A stretch of DNA of 52,177 nucleotides from Chloroflexota bacterium (GCA_034666465.1 JAXDLT010000047.1:1-52177); one strand, 5' to 3'; positions 36,016 to 45,219 are shown, counted from the stretch's first letter. Made by a program: numbers and translations. The notes: a model not told the origin generated them from the sequence alone.

Positions 36016-38778
36016 TCATGAGGTGGAAGAGTAGGCGTCCCCCGCGACGCCGGGGATGAGGTTCCCGAGCTCGGTGCGCGAGCCGATGCCGAGCTTGGCG
36101 AAGACCTTGCCGAGGTGGTACTCGACAGTGCGCGGGCTGAGGAAGAGGCGGGCGCCGATCTCCTGGTTGGAGAGACCCTCGTGCGCGAACCGCGCGATCT
36201 GCATCTCCTGCGCGGTGAGCCGGTCGCCGGACTCGACCCTCGGCTTGAGCGCGCGCGAACCGGCGGCGAGCAGCTCGCGCGCGGCACGGTCCGCGAAGGC
36301 CTTCGCGCCCATCGACACGAACATCTCGTGCGCGATGCGCAGCTGCTCGCGGGCGTCCAGCTTCCGGCGCTCGCCTCGCAGCCACTCGCCGTAGAGGAGA
36401 TGGGCGCGGGCGAGGTGGGGCGTGGTGCGGGTGCGGCTCAGCCGGTCGAGCGCCTCACGGAACAGGTCCTCGGCGTCCCGGCCCTCCGTGACGAGCGCGA
36501 GGGAGCAGGCACGCAGTCCCAGTGCCAGCTCGGTCCCGCTGCACCGAGTGAGCTCGGACAGCAGCTGGAGAAAGGGACGCGCGAGCTCGACCTGGCCGCT
36601 TCGGGCCGCCGCCTCGACCAGCTCGGGCAGTGCCGAGCTGATGGTCTCTCCGGAGGCACACGCGCGCTGTGCGGCGGCCAGTGCGGTGCCATGGTTCCCC
36701 AGGCCGTTGTGGAGGATGGCGGCCGAGTACTCGACGATGGTGATCGCCACGCCCTCGCCCCGAGCCTCGGCGTCCTCGAGCATCTCCTCGGCAAGCCGGG
36801 TGTGCTCGCCCTCGTGGCCGCGCCAGGCGGCGAGGTAGACCTCGGCGAAGGAGATGGGCGGGGTGCCGGTCGCGGCGGTGATCGACGTCTTCTCCTCGAC
36901 CATCGCCGCGGTCGTGGCGAAGTCGCCGGTCAGCATGGTCGCCCCGGCCAGAAGGGTGAGAAGGAGGGGAAGGTGGATCAACGCGCCGGTGTCGCGAGCG
37001 GACTGCACCGCACGCGTGGCGAGGGTGAGCCCGGCCTCGTACTCCCACAGCTGCCACGCGGTGCGCACCGCGAGTCCCAGCCAGCGGAGGTCGTCGCTGT
37101 GGCGATAGGCGCTGAGCGCCCGCTTCAGCGTCGGGACTCCCGCCGCGCACCCCTCGGTGAGCAGCGCGGCGAGGCCGTCGAGCAGCAGGTCGCTCGCCTG
37201 CGGCGGGCCTGGCGCCGGCGGGGCGGCACGAGCCGCCGCGGCCACCTCGAGCACCCCCCGGTCGCCTGGCCGAGACCCGGCGAACAGCGCCGCCTCCAGC
37301 GCCTCGAGGTAGGTCTCGCGTGCCAGCCGGATGTCGAGTGGCTCGAGCCTTCGCGCCGCGCTGAGCAGCAGGGGGGGCGCATCCCCACCACGCCGGGTGA
37401 CAAAGGCGATCCGTGCGCGGATCCGCTCCAGCTCGGCGCGTCCCATCTCGTCGAGACGTCCCACGTCCGCCGCGTCGAGCAGCCCCGACGCCGCCCCGGC
37501 CGATCCCGCGTCGATGTCGGCCCGGGCGGCGGCGAGCAGGCGCTCGGCCCGGCGGCCCGGGTCGGGGGTGAGGGCGACCGCCCGCTCGAGGAGGGCCGCC
37601 GCCGCCAGCAGGCTTCCTCGACCCTGGGCACGCGCCGCGGAGCGCTCGAGCTCGTCCGCGAGCTGCTCGTCCGGGCCGAGCGCAGCGTGGGCGCGGTGCC
37701 ATGCCCGGCGTTCGGGGTCGAGGCCGGGGTCCATGACGTCGGCGAGCGCCCCGTGGACGGTGCGGAGCTGGGCCGGAGACGCCGCCCGAGAGACCGCGGA
37801 GCGCACCAGGGGATGGCGAAAGGCGACGCGGGGGCTGAGCACCACCAGCCCGTCGGCCTCCGCCGGCGCTGCCGCGTCGACGCCGATGCCGAGCCGCGCC
37901 GCCGCCCGCCACAGCACCTGCGGCTCGCCGGTGGGCTCGACCGCCGCCGCGAGCAGCAGCAGCCGGGTCGCGGGGGGCAGCTGCTCGACCCGCCCCATGA
38001 AGCTCTCCTCGATCCGGTGGGGGACCGGCGGTGGGCCCGGCAGGCCGACCCCGGTGACCAGCTCCGCCGGCTCGAGACCGTGGGGGAGCTCGAGCAGGGC
38101 GAGCGGGTTCCCGCGGGTCTCGGCGACGATGCGGTCGCGCACGCGCGCGTCGAGCCTGCCCGGGGTGACCGAGTCGAGCAGCTCGCGGGCATCCCGGTCC
38201 GGCAGGCCCTGGACGCGGAGCTCCGAGAGACCCTCGAACTCCGGTGCCGCGCAGGGCTCGCGGATCGCGAGGAGCATGACGACGGACTCCGCCTGCAGCC
38301 GGCGTGCGGCGATGGCGAGCACCTGGGCCGACTCCCGGTCGAGCCATTGGGCGTCCTCGACGACGCACAGGAGGGGCCGCTCCTCGGCGACGTCGGCCAG
38401 GAGGCTGAGCACGGCGAGGCCGACGAGGAAGCGATCGGGTGCGGCGCCCGCGGTCAGCCCGAAGGCGGACCCCAGCGCGTCGCGCTGGGGCGCAGGCAGA
38501 CGACCCAGCCGGTGGAGCATCTGTCCGCAGAGCTGATGCACGCCGGCGAACGGCAGCTCCATCTCGGGCTCCACGCCGGTGACGCGGGCGACGCGAAAGC
38601 CGGACGTCGTCTCGACGGCGTGGTCGAGGAGGGCGGTCTTGCCGATTCCCGCCTCGCCGCGGAGCACCAGCACGCCGCTCCGCCCCTCGTGGACGGCCCC
38701 GAGCAGGCGGTCGAGAGCGTCGCACTCCCTGCGGCGATCGCGCAGTGTCCTCCGGCCCAGCGGCCCGCTCTCGACCAT
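36016..38778 (-). CDS. Large ATP-binding LuxR-family regulator (LAL / MalT-like), paralog 2
   Basis: 920 aa with RGEAGIGKTALLDHA, VVEDAQWLD and LTAQEMQIARFAHEGLSNQEIGARLFLSPRTVEYHLGKVFAKLGI. It is collinear by eye with the 21021..23999 product along its whole length. Confidence 0.9.
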   Translation of the reverse strand: MVESGPLGRRTLRDRRRECDALDRLLGAVHEGRSGVLVLRGEAGIGKTALLDHAVETTSGFRVARVTGVEPEMELPFAGVHQLCGQMLHRLGRLPAPQRDALGSAFGLTAGAAPDRFLVGLAVLSLLADVAEERPLLCVVEDAQWLDRESAQVLAIAARRLQAESVVMLLAIREPCAAPEFEGLSELRVQGLPDRDARELLDSVTPGRLDARVRDRIVAETRGNPLALLELPHGLEPAELVTGVGLPGPPPVPHRIEESFMGRVEQLPPATRLLLLAAAVEPTGEPQVLWRAAARLGIGVDAAAPAEADGLVVLSPRVAFRHPLVRSAVSRAASPAQLRTVHGALADVMDPGLDPERRAWHRAHAALGPDEQLADELERSAARAQGRGSLLAAAALLERAVALTPDPGRRAERLLAAARADIDAGSAGAASGLLDAADVGRLDEMGRAELERIRARIAFVTRRGGDAPPLLLSAARRLEPLDIRLARETYLEALEAALFAGSRPGDRGVLEVAAAARAAPPAPGPPQASDLLLDGLAALLTEGCAAGVPTLKRALSAYRHSDDLRWLGLAVRTAWQLWEYEAGLTLATRAVQSARDTGALIHLPLLLTLLAGATMLTGDFATTAAMVEEKTSITAATGTPPISFAEVYLAAWRGHEGEHTRLAEEMLEDAEARGEGVAITIVEYSAAILHNGLGNHGTALAAAQRACASGETISSALPELVEAAARSGQVELARPFLQLLSELTRCSGTELALGLRACSLALVTEGRDAEDLFREALDRLSRTRTTPHLARAHLLYGEWLRGERRKLDAREQLRIAHEMFVSMGAKAFADRAARELLAAGSRALKPRVESGDRLTAQEMQIARFAHEGLSNQEIGARLFLSPRTVEYHLGKVFAKLGIGSRTELGNLIPGVAGDAYSSTS

Positions 38779-38971
38779 GGCTGAGGCTGGATCCTACGGC
38801 ACCAGGGAGCTCGTCGCGTCCGTCAGGGCCGAGAGCGAGCCACGGGATGTGGCCGGCAGCCCGCGGTCACGTCGCATCGTTCGAGAGGACGGGCTCAGTG
38901 CGGCGACCGGCCCATCCAGCCCGCCAGGCGGTCGTGGGCCGGCGCACCCTCGGGCACGGGCACCTCCGCGG

Positions 38972-39928
38972 TCACCTCTGGTCGTCGCGCGAGGTGATCC
39001 GGTCGATCTCTGCCAGATCATCAGCGGTGGGCTGCCACTCACCGCCCAGGACGTTGGCGGCGACCTGCTCCGGGGACGTGGCGCCGGCGATCACCGAGGC
39101 GACGGCCGGCTTCGCAGCCAGGCCGCCGATGGCCACGTCGAGCATGGTGATCCCACGCTCGCGGGCGAAGGCCTCGAGCGCTTCCAGCACGTCGAAGGTC
39201 CTGTCGGTGAGCACCGACTCGCGCTTCCACGCCTGGATCCGGCTGCCGTCCGGTGGGGCCTCGCCACGTCGGTACTTGCCGGTGAGCAGGCCGCTGGCCA
39301 GCGGGAAGTAGGGAAGCAGACCGATCCCGTACCGCTCCAGGGCCGGGACGAGGTGGGCCTCGATCCGGCGCTCCAGCAGGCTGTACTCGTTCTGCGCGCT
39401 GATGAAGCGCTCGAGGTTCCGGGTGCGCGCGATCCACTCCGCGTCGACGGTCTGCCAACCGCTGAAGTTCGAATGCCCCACATAGCGGACCTTGCCCTCG
39501 TGCACGAGATCGTCCAGCGTGGACAGGGTCTCCTCGATCGGGGTGCTGGGGTCGGGCTGGTGGATCTGATAGAGATCGATCCAGTCGGTGCGCAGCCGGC
39601 GCAACGAGCTCTCGACCGCCCGGCGGATGTAGCGGCGCGATCCGCGCGCGCCCCAGTCGAGACCGTTGTCCTGGCCGAGCCGGCGCACGTCACTGCCGAA
39701 CTTGGTCGCGATCACGACGTCGTCCCGCCTGCCCTGCAGGATCTCCCCGAGGCGCTGCTCCGAATCGCCGTACGAGTCCGAGGTGTCGAACAGGGTGATG
39801 CCGCGATCGAGGGCGGCATGCACCACGGCCCGGCTCTCCGCGAGATCGAGCTTCAGGCCGAAGTTGTTGGTACCGAGGCCGACCACCGAGACGGCGAGAC
39901 CGGAGTTCCCCAGACGGCGTAGCCTCAT
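38972..39928 (-). CDS. Aldo/keto reductase
   Basis: ORF 38972..40276. The start is ATG 39928 (MRLRRLGNSGLAVSVVGLGTNNFG) or ATG 39934. Also present: LFDTSDSYGDSEQ and YQIHQPD. Confidence 0.9.
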   Translation of the reverse strand: MRLRRLGNSGLAVSVVGLGTNNFGLKLDLAESRAVVHAALDRGITLFDTSDSYGDSEQRLGEILQGRRDDVVIATKFGSDVRRLGQDNGLDWGARGSRRYIRRAVESSLRRLRTDWIDLYQIHQPDPSTPIEETLSTLDDLVHEGKVRYVGHSNFSGWQTVDAEWIARTRNLERFISAQNEYSLLERRIEAHLVPALERYGIGLLPYFPLASGLLTGKYRRGEAPPDGSRIQAWKRESVLTDRTFDVLEALEAFARERGITMLDVAIGGLAAKPAVASVIAGATSPEQVAANVLGGEWQPTADDLAEIDRITSRDDQR

Positions 39929-40043
39929 ACCCATCCCACCCCGTTGCGTCGTGTCCTGAATGCGTGCCCGGTCGCGCTCGATCGCCGATCCACAGGGTAC
40001 GCCGGACGACCTGCCCCGGGAACGCGGGTCTCGGCAGCCGGAG

Positions 40044-40071
40044 TTGACATGCACCCTTCTGGCTGCATAAT
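40044..40071 (+). promoter_or_regulatory. Promoter TTGACA - 16 nt - CATAAT, predicting a leaderless mRNA starting at or near ATG 40078
   Basis: The -35 is at 40044-40049 and the -10 is at 40066-40071. The ATG lies 6 nt after the -10, and there is no SD before that ATG. Confidence 0.5.
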
Positions 40072-40077
40072 GGCGAC

Positions 40078-40914
40078 ATGCAGTCAAGCGGCTGCCTGGC
40101 TCGGCAAGTGGATCGGAGGATGGACGCAGTCTTTCGGGCTCTCGCCGATCCGAGCCGCCGCCGGCTCCTCGACCGCCTGAACGACCACAACGGTCAGACG
40201 TTGCGTGAGCTGTGCTCCGGCCTGGACATCGCCCGCCAGTCGGTGACCAAACACCTCGCCATCCTGGAGGCGGCACACCTGATCACGACGGCCCGGAGGG
40301 GCCGGGAGAAGCTGCACTACCTGAACGCTGCACCGATCAACGACATCGCCGACCGATGGATCCACCGATACCACCGCGAGCGGGCGCATGCGCTCGCCGA
40401 TCTCAAACGAGTGCTGGAGGGCGACGCCGTGCCACAGACCGAATTCATGTACACCACCTACATCCGGACCACGCCGGAAACGCTCTGGCAGGCCCTCACC
40501 GATCCGGTCTTCACGCTCCGCTACTGGGGCATCGGCCTCGAGTCGGACTGGAAGGTCGGCTCCACCATCAGGCTGCAGTGGGGACCGGGCGAGGAGTTCT
40601 GCGAGGTCGACCAGGTGGTCCTGGAATCGGAGCCGTACCGGCGCCTGTCCTACCGGTGGCACAACTACCAGCCTCAGCACGCGGCGATGTTCGGCTGGTC
40701 ACCCGAACGGTTCGCCGAGCTGGTCAGGGAGAGGCGCTCCAAGGTGACCTTCAAGCTCGAGCCGCTCGGCGACACCGTCAGACTGACCGTCACGCACGAC
40801 GACTTCGAGCCCGACAGCGAGATGCTGAAGGGGACGCGGGAGGGGTGGCCGGCCATCCTGTCCAACCTCAAGACCCTGCTCGAGACCGGCCAGTCGCTGC
40901 CGCTTCCGGCCTGA
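40078..40914 (+). CDS. ArsR-family HTH regulator fused to an SRPBCC/AHSA1 (Aha1-like) ligand-binding domain
   Basis: 278 aa with FRALADPSRRRLLDRLNDHNGQTLRELCSGLDIARQSVTKHLAILEAAHLI, followed by TPETLWQALTDPVFTLRYWG... ATG 40120 is an alternative start. Confidence 0.85.
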   Translation: MQSSGCLARQVDRRMDAVFRALADPSRRRLLDRLNDHNGQTLRELCSGLDIARQSVTKHLAILEAAHLITTARRGREKLHYLNAAPINDIADRWIHRYHRERAHALADLKRVLEGDAVPQTEFMYTTYIRTTPETLWQALTDPVFTLRYWGIGLESDWKVGSTIRLQWGPGEEFCEVDQVVLESEPYRRLSYRWHNYQPQHAAMFGWSPERFAELVRERRSKVTFKLEPLGDTVRLTVTHDDFEPDSEMLKGTREGWPAILSNLKTLLETGQSLPLPA

Positions 40915-40926
40915 CGAGGACGAGCC

Positions 40927-41313
40927 ATGCCGCCGGACGCGATCGCCCCCGACGGATCGGAGATCCACCTCCTCGTGCCGGCCTCCGGCCACAGTCCGGA
41001 GAGCGACCCGCTGCACGACGCCCTGAGGGCGAGCCTGGTCGAGGTCCGCCTCCCCACCGGACGCACCAGCACGGCCGTGCGACACCGAACCGTCGAGGAG
41101 ATCTGGTATTTCCTGGCCGGCATCGGACGGGTCTGGCGACGGTCGCCAGACGGCACGGTCCACGCCATGCCGGTGAGCCCTGGGTCCGTGGTCACGATCC
41201 CCACGGGCTGGGCGTTCCAGTTCCGGGCCACTGAGAATCTCCGGTTCCTGTGCTACACCTCGCCACCGTGGCCAGGCGAGAACGAGGCGGAATCGGTCTC
41301 ACCACTCGCGTGA
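40927..41313 (+). CDS. Cupin-domain protein
   Basis: 128 aa with AVRHRTVEEIWYFLAGIGRVW..VSPGSVVTIPTGWAFQF (two cupin motifs). GAGGA lies 6 nt before the ATG. Confidence 0.7.
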   Translation: MPPDAIAPDGSEIHLLVPASGHSPESDPLHDALRASLVEVRLPTGRTSTAVRHRTVEEIWYFLAGIGRVWRRSPDGTVHAMPVSPGSVVTIPTGWAFQFRATENLRFLCYTSPPWPGENEAESVSPLA

Positions 41314-41382
41314 GGCGCGCCCTCCGGGCGACGCGACGCCGCGAGTTACCCTTCGAAGTGCGGACGGTATCGGAGGTCGGCG

Positions 41383-41868
41383 ATGACGAGCGACGGTGTA
41401 GCCCCGCTGCCCGGTGAGGACGCCTACGCGCACGCGCTGGACGCGGCGCGACGTGCGCCCACGCGACACGTGCCCCGACACGTCGGGAAGGAGCAGGTCA
41501 TTGCAGAGGTGCACGGCTCCGGCCGGATGGGACGCGCAAACGCCTGGCTGGCGGTGAGGATCACCAGGATCGTCGGCACCATGTACTGTGCCTACCTCTT
41601 CACCGTCATCGCCTTCGTCGCACTGCCCTCGGCCATCCTGCAGGGCTCGCCGACGGTCCTGGTCAACTGGGTGTCGTCGAACTTCCTGCAGCTGGTGCTG
41701 CTCCCCATCATCATCGTCGGCCAGAACGTGATCTCGACGGCACAGGACGCGCGGGCGGCGGCCGACCACGTGACGCTGACGGCACTGCACCAGATGAACG
41801 TCCAGCAGCTGCAGATCCTCGAGGGTCAGGAGACGATCCTCGAGGCACTCAGGAGCAGGGCAGGCTGA
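41383..41868 (+). CDS. Small two-TM membrane protein (DUF1003-like)
   Basis: 161 aa with two hydrophobic helices (IVGTMYCAYLFTVIAFVAL; FLQLVLLPIIIVGQNVI) and a C-terminal coiled segment. GGAGG lies 6 nt before the ATG. The family assignment is from memory only. Confidence 0.55.
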   Translation: MTSDGVAPLPGEDAYAHALDAARRAPTRHVPRHVGKEQVIAEVHGSGRMGRANAWLAVRITRIVGTMYCAYLFTVIAFVALPSAILQGSPTVLVNWVSSNFLQLVLLPIIIVGQNVISTAQDARAAADHVTLTALHQMNVQQLQILEGQETILEALRSRAG

Positions 41869-41905
41869 CCCGGCCTCCGGTGATGTCACGGCGCGGTGAC
41901 GGGCT

Positions 41906-41932
41906 GATATATATCGGCGACATGAGTATACT
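41906..41932 (+). promoter_or_regulatory. AT-rich element upstream of the PadR coding region: palindrome GATATATATC plus a TATACT -10-like hexamer
   Basis: GATATATATC at 41906-41915 is a perfect 10-bp palindrome. TATACT is at 41927-41932, 7 nt before ATG 41940. Confidence 0.4.
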
Positions 41933-41939
41933 GCCGGCC

Positions 41940-42278
41940 ATGAGACGCACCATGCAGGAGCCCACCTACTTCACCCTGGCGGCACTGCTCGACGGCCCCC
42001 TCCACGGCTACGCGATCATCTGCCGGGTCCACGAGCTGTCCGAGCAGCAGCTGCGGCTGACCGCCGGCACCCTCTACGGCGCTCTCGAGCGCCTCAGCGG
42101 CGAGGGCCTGGTCGAGGCGACCGGCCAGGAGATCGTGGACGGGCGCGCCCGCCGTTACTACCGCCTCACCGGCGCCGGGCGGACGGCACTGCAGGCGGAA
42201 GCAAGCCGCCTCGCCCAGGCTGCATCGGTCGTCGTCGAGCGCGTGGGGCGCACCACCGCACTGAGAGGGACCGTCTGA
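41940..42278 (+). CDS. PadR-family transcriptional regulator
   Basis: ORF 41880..42278 with YFTLAALLDGPLHGYAIICRV..GTLYGALERLSGEGLVEA..RRYYRLTGAGR. I prefer ATG 41940 (or ATG 41951), because the upstream 60 nt contain promoter-like AT-rich sequence. Confidence 0.8.
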   Translation: MRRTMQEPTYFTLAALLDGPLHGYAIICRVHELSEQQLRLTAGTLYGALERLSGEGLVEATGQEIVDGRARRYYRLTGAGRTALQAEASRLAQAASVVVERVGRTTALRGTV

Positions 42279-43183
42279 TGCTGTCGCTCGAGAGCACCTA
42301 CCGCCGCCTGCTGTGCACCTATCCGGGCGAGTACCGGCGTGAGCACGAGGAGGAGATCGTCGCCACCCTGGTCGAGGCCGCCGAGCCCGGCCGGCGCCGG
42401 CCCAGCCTGCGCGAGGCCCGCGACCTGCTCGCCGGCGGCCTGCGCACCCGCGGCATGCTCGCCGTCCGCGAGGGCGGCCGTGCGCTCTGGGCGGACGGCC
42501 TCCGCCTCGGCGTGCTGCTGCTGCTGGCGACGCGCATCGGCGACTTCACCTGGTGGATCGGCTCCACCGGCGGCCTCCTTCCCCTGTCGCTCAGCATCTG
42601 GGTCGCCCCGGTGGTCCTCGCCCTCGCCCTGGTCGCGGTGCTGCGTGGCGGGGCCCGGAGCAGCCTCGTCCTGGTGCTCCTCGGCGGGCTGGCGTCGACG
42701 TCCCTCTCGCAGCCCCATACCCTCCTCGACACCATCTCGCCGATCGCTCCGCTGGAGTCCTTCAGCACGGTGCTGATCGCGCTGGCCGCCGCTCTGCTGG
42801 TCGCGCAGTGGTCCACCCAGCGCGCTCGCCGGCCGTGGCCGCTGTGGATCGCCCCGGCCCTGGTCGCCGGCCCCGAGCTCTGCCGGCGGGCCATCGGGGC
42901 GCTGACGTCCTCCTCCGCCGTGCCCTACCTCGCCATCGAGCCCGCCCTGGCACTGCTGCTGCCATGCGCGCTGCTGGTGGCGGTCGCGCTGATCGCCCGT
43001 GATCCACGGCCGAGCATCGCCGCCGCCGTGTACGCCGCCGCCTCCCTCGTTCACGCCGCGTACCTCCCCAGCGGCAGGCTCGACGCCGGCTGGGAGCTCA
43101 TCCTGCCGGTGGTGATGCTCACGGTCGGCGTCATCACCACCGCGGCGATCATGCCTCGCGGAGGGCGCCTGGTCCGGGGCTGA
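42278..43183 (+). CDS. PadR-associated polytopic membrane protein (function unknown)
   Basis: 301 aa. The cytoplasmic N-terminus reads YRRLLCTYPGEYRREHEEEIVATLVEAAE, followed by about 6 hydrophobic segments. The ATG shares its A with the PadR TGA. Confidence 0.65.
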   Translation: MLSLESTYRRLLCTYPGEYRREHEEEIVATLVEAAEPGRRRPSLREARDLLAGGLRTRGMLAVREGGRALWADGLRLGVLLLLATRIGDFTWWIGSTGGLLPLSLSIWVAPVVLALALVAVLRGGARSSLVLVLLGGLASTSLSQPHTLLDTISPIAPLESFSTVLIALAAALLVAQWSTQRARRPWPLWIAPALVAGPELCRRAIGALTSSSAVPYLAIEPALALLLPCALLVAVALIARDPRPSIAAAVYAAASLVHAAYLPSGRLDAGWELILPVVMLTVGVITTAAIMPRGGRLVRG

Positions 43184-43226
43184 CCGACCAGCCCAGCCAT
43201 GATCAGACTCGTGCCCGGAATAATGC

Positions 43227-43250
43227 TGATAAACTGGATCAAGTTTATCA
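43227..43250. promoter_or_regulatory. 24-bp perfect inverted repeat TGATAAACT-ggatca-AGTTTATCA upstream of the DUF4395 gene (putative operator)
   Basis: Read directly. It has 9-bp arms, lies in a roughly 50-bp AT-rich island, and ends 21 nt before ATG 43272. Confidence 0.45.
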
Positions 43251-43271
43251 ACTATCCGCCGAGAGGGGCCC

Positions 43272-43763
43272 ATGTTCCGGTTTCCCAACCCCGTCGACGA
43301 GCACGCCGCCCGCGTCGTCGCCCTGGGCGTCGTGGCGCTCTCGGTGCTGATCCTCGCCACCGGGCAGCACTGGCTGCTGGTGCCCCTCGCCTACGGCTTC
43401 CTCGCCCGCGTCCTCACCGGGCCCCGGCTCAGCCCCCTCGGCCTGCTCGCCACCCGCGTGGTCGCCCCGCGGCTGCCGGTGCGGCCCCGCCTCGTCGCCG
43501 GACCGCCGAAGCGCTTCGCCCAGGGCATCGGACTGGCCTTCAGCGCCACCGCGGCGCTGCTCGCCCTCGGCCTCCACCTCGACGGTGCCGCGGACATCGT
43601 CCTGCTCGGGCTGACCATGGCGGCGAGCCTCGAGGCGTTCGCCGGGATCTGTCTCGGCTGCAGGGTCTTCGCCCTGGCGATGCGCCTCGGCGTGATCCCC
43701 ACCGCGGTGTGCGAGGCGTGCAACGACCTCTCCGCCCGGCGGCTCACGCACACGGCGTCCTAG
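43272..43763 (+). CDS. DUF4395-family membrane protein
   Basis: 163 aa with FPNPVDEHAARVVALGVVAL...PPKRFAQGIGLAFS...AFAGICLGCRVF, matching my recollection of DUF4395. Confidence 0.7.
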   Translation: MFRFPNPVDEHAARVVALGVVALSVLILATGQHWLLVPLAYGFLARVLTGPRLSPLGLLATRVVAPRLPVRPRLVAGPPKRFAQGIGLAFSATAALLALGLHLDGAADIVLLGLTMAASLEAFAGICLGCRVFALAMRLGVIPTAVCEACNDLSARRLTHTAS

Positions 43764-44704
43764 GAGCGCTCGCCCACGCTCAGCACCAGCTTGCCGCGCA
43801 CGGCACGCTGCAGGATGCGGCGATGCGCCTCCGCGCCCTGCTCCAGCGGGATCACGTCGTCGATGGGGACGTGCAGCCGGCCCTGCGCGAGCGCCTCGAC
43901 GACCTTCTCGAGCACGGGCCGGACCTCCCGCTCCGGCTCGAGCAGCCCCGCGTAGGAGAGGATCGACAGGCCCCTCGAGTAGACGGCGCGGACGTTGACG
44001 TCCGCGCGGTCGCCCGCCGAGGCACCGAAGATGGCGACGCGCCCGTGGGGAGCCAGCGCCTCGACGGCGGCGGCGGTGAAGCCGTCGCCCAGCGGGTCGA
44101 ACACCACCTGCGGCCGAAGGGCGCCGGCGAGACCGGCGAGCTCGTCGGGGCCGCAGACGAGCACGTCCTCGGCGCCCTGGTCCCTGATCCACCCGGCCTT
44201 CGCCGGGCTGCCGGTCTGCCCGTACGCGGTCGCACCCGCCCGGCGTGCCAGCTGGAGGATCAGGGAGCCGACACCGCCGCTGGCGCCGAGGACCAGCACC
44301 GTCTCTCCCCCCTGCACCCGCGCGACGTCGTGCACGAGGCGCCACGCGGTGCGGCCCGCGACGGGAACCGCCGCCACCTGCACGGGGTCGACGCCGTCGG
44401 GGAGCGGCAGCAGCGCGTCCTCGGGGACGGCCGCCCGCTCCGCATAGAGTCCCGGCCGGCGCACCCCCAGGCCGTGGCCCCAGACGAGCACGCGCCGTCC
44501 GTCCACGCGACCGGTCGCCTCGGTCCCCGGAATCCACGGCAGGGGCAGATCGGGCCGGGTCCTCCCCGTCGCCAGCCAGACGTCCAGGGGGTCGACGCCC
44601 GCATACTCGATGTCGACCACCCTCTCGCCGGGTTCCGGTCGGGGCTCGTCGACGTCGTCGAGGACGAGTGGCTCACCGAAACGGTGGATGCGCAGCGCCT
44701 TCAT
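43760..44704 (-). CDS. NADPH:quinone oxidoreductase / zinc-type alcohol dehydrogenase-like (MDR superfamily)
   Basis: ORF 43760..44821. The start is ATG 44704 (MKALRIHRFGEP), with GGAGGA 8 nt upstream. Also present: VLVLGASGGVGSLILQLARRAGA. Confidence 0.85.
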   Translation of the reverse strand: MKALRIHRFGEPLVLDDVDEPRPEPGERVVDIEYAGVDPLDVWLATGRTRPDLPLPWIPGTEATGRVDGRRVLVWGHGLGVRRPGLYAERAAVPEDALLPLPDGVDPVQVAAVPVAGRTAWRLVHDVARVQGGETVLVLGASGGVGSLILQLARRAGATAYGQTGSPAKAGWIRDQGAEDVLVCGPDELAGLAGALRPQVVFDPLGDGFTAAAVEALAPHGRVAIFGASAGDRADVNVRAVYSRGLSILSYAGLLEPEREVRPVLEKVVEALAQGRLHVPIDDVIPLEQGAEAHRRILQRAVRGKLVLSVGERS

Positions 44705-44802
44705 GCTCTCGGTCCTCCGGCCAGGTCCCGGCTCAACGATGCACGGCGCGCACCCCGGGTGGCAACCTGCGCCCGGCGGTGCACACACAGGGAGGCCCGA
44801 TC

Positions 44803-45219
44803 GTGGACTGGAAGCTCGCACTCGTCGTCGTTCCCGTCTCCGAGGTGGACCGCGCCAAGGCCTTCTACATCGAGAAGGCCGGGTTCACCCTGGACGTCGA
44901 CCACAGCGCCGGCGACGACTTTCGCGTCGTGCAGCTGACACCGCCGGGGTCGGCGTGCTCGATCGCCCTCATGAGGAACACGGAGTCGGCGGGCTCCGTC
45001 CAGGGCCTCCACCTGACCGTCTCCGACATCGACGCCGCCCATGCCGAGCTCGTCGGACGCGGGACCGACGCCGGGGAGATCTACCATTTCGAGGCGGGCC
45101 GTCAGGTGGACGGGCCCGATCCGCACCGCGGCGACTACGGCTCGTTCCTCTCCTTCTCCGACCCGGACGGCAACCGCTGGCTCGTGCAGGAGGTCGGGCG
45201 ATCGGAGCCCGGCGCGTGA
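44803..45219 (+). CDS. VOC/glyoxalase-family protein
   Basis: This is the C-terminal 138 aa of ORF 44245..45219: VDWKLALVVVPVSEVDRAKAFYIEKAGFTLDVDHS..FLSFSDPDGNRWLVQE. It starts at GTG 44803, with GGGAGG about 8 nt upstream. Confidence 0.8.
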   Translation: MDWKLALVVVPVSEVDRAKAFYIEKAGFTLDVDHSAGDDFRVVQLTPPGSACSIALMRNTESAGSVQGLHLTVSDIDAAHAELVGRGTDAGEIYHFEAGRQVDGPDPHRGDYGSFLSFSDPDGNRWLVQEVGRSEPGA

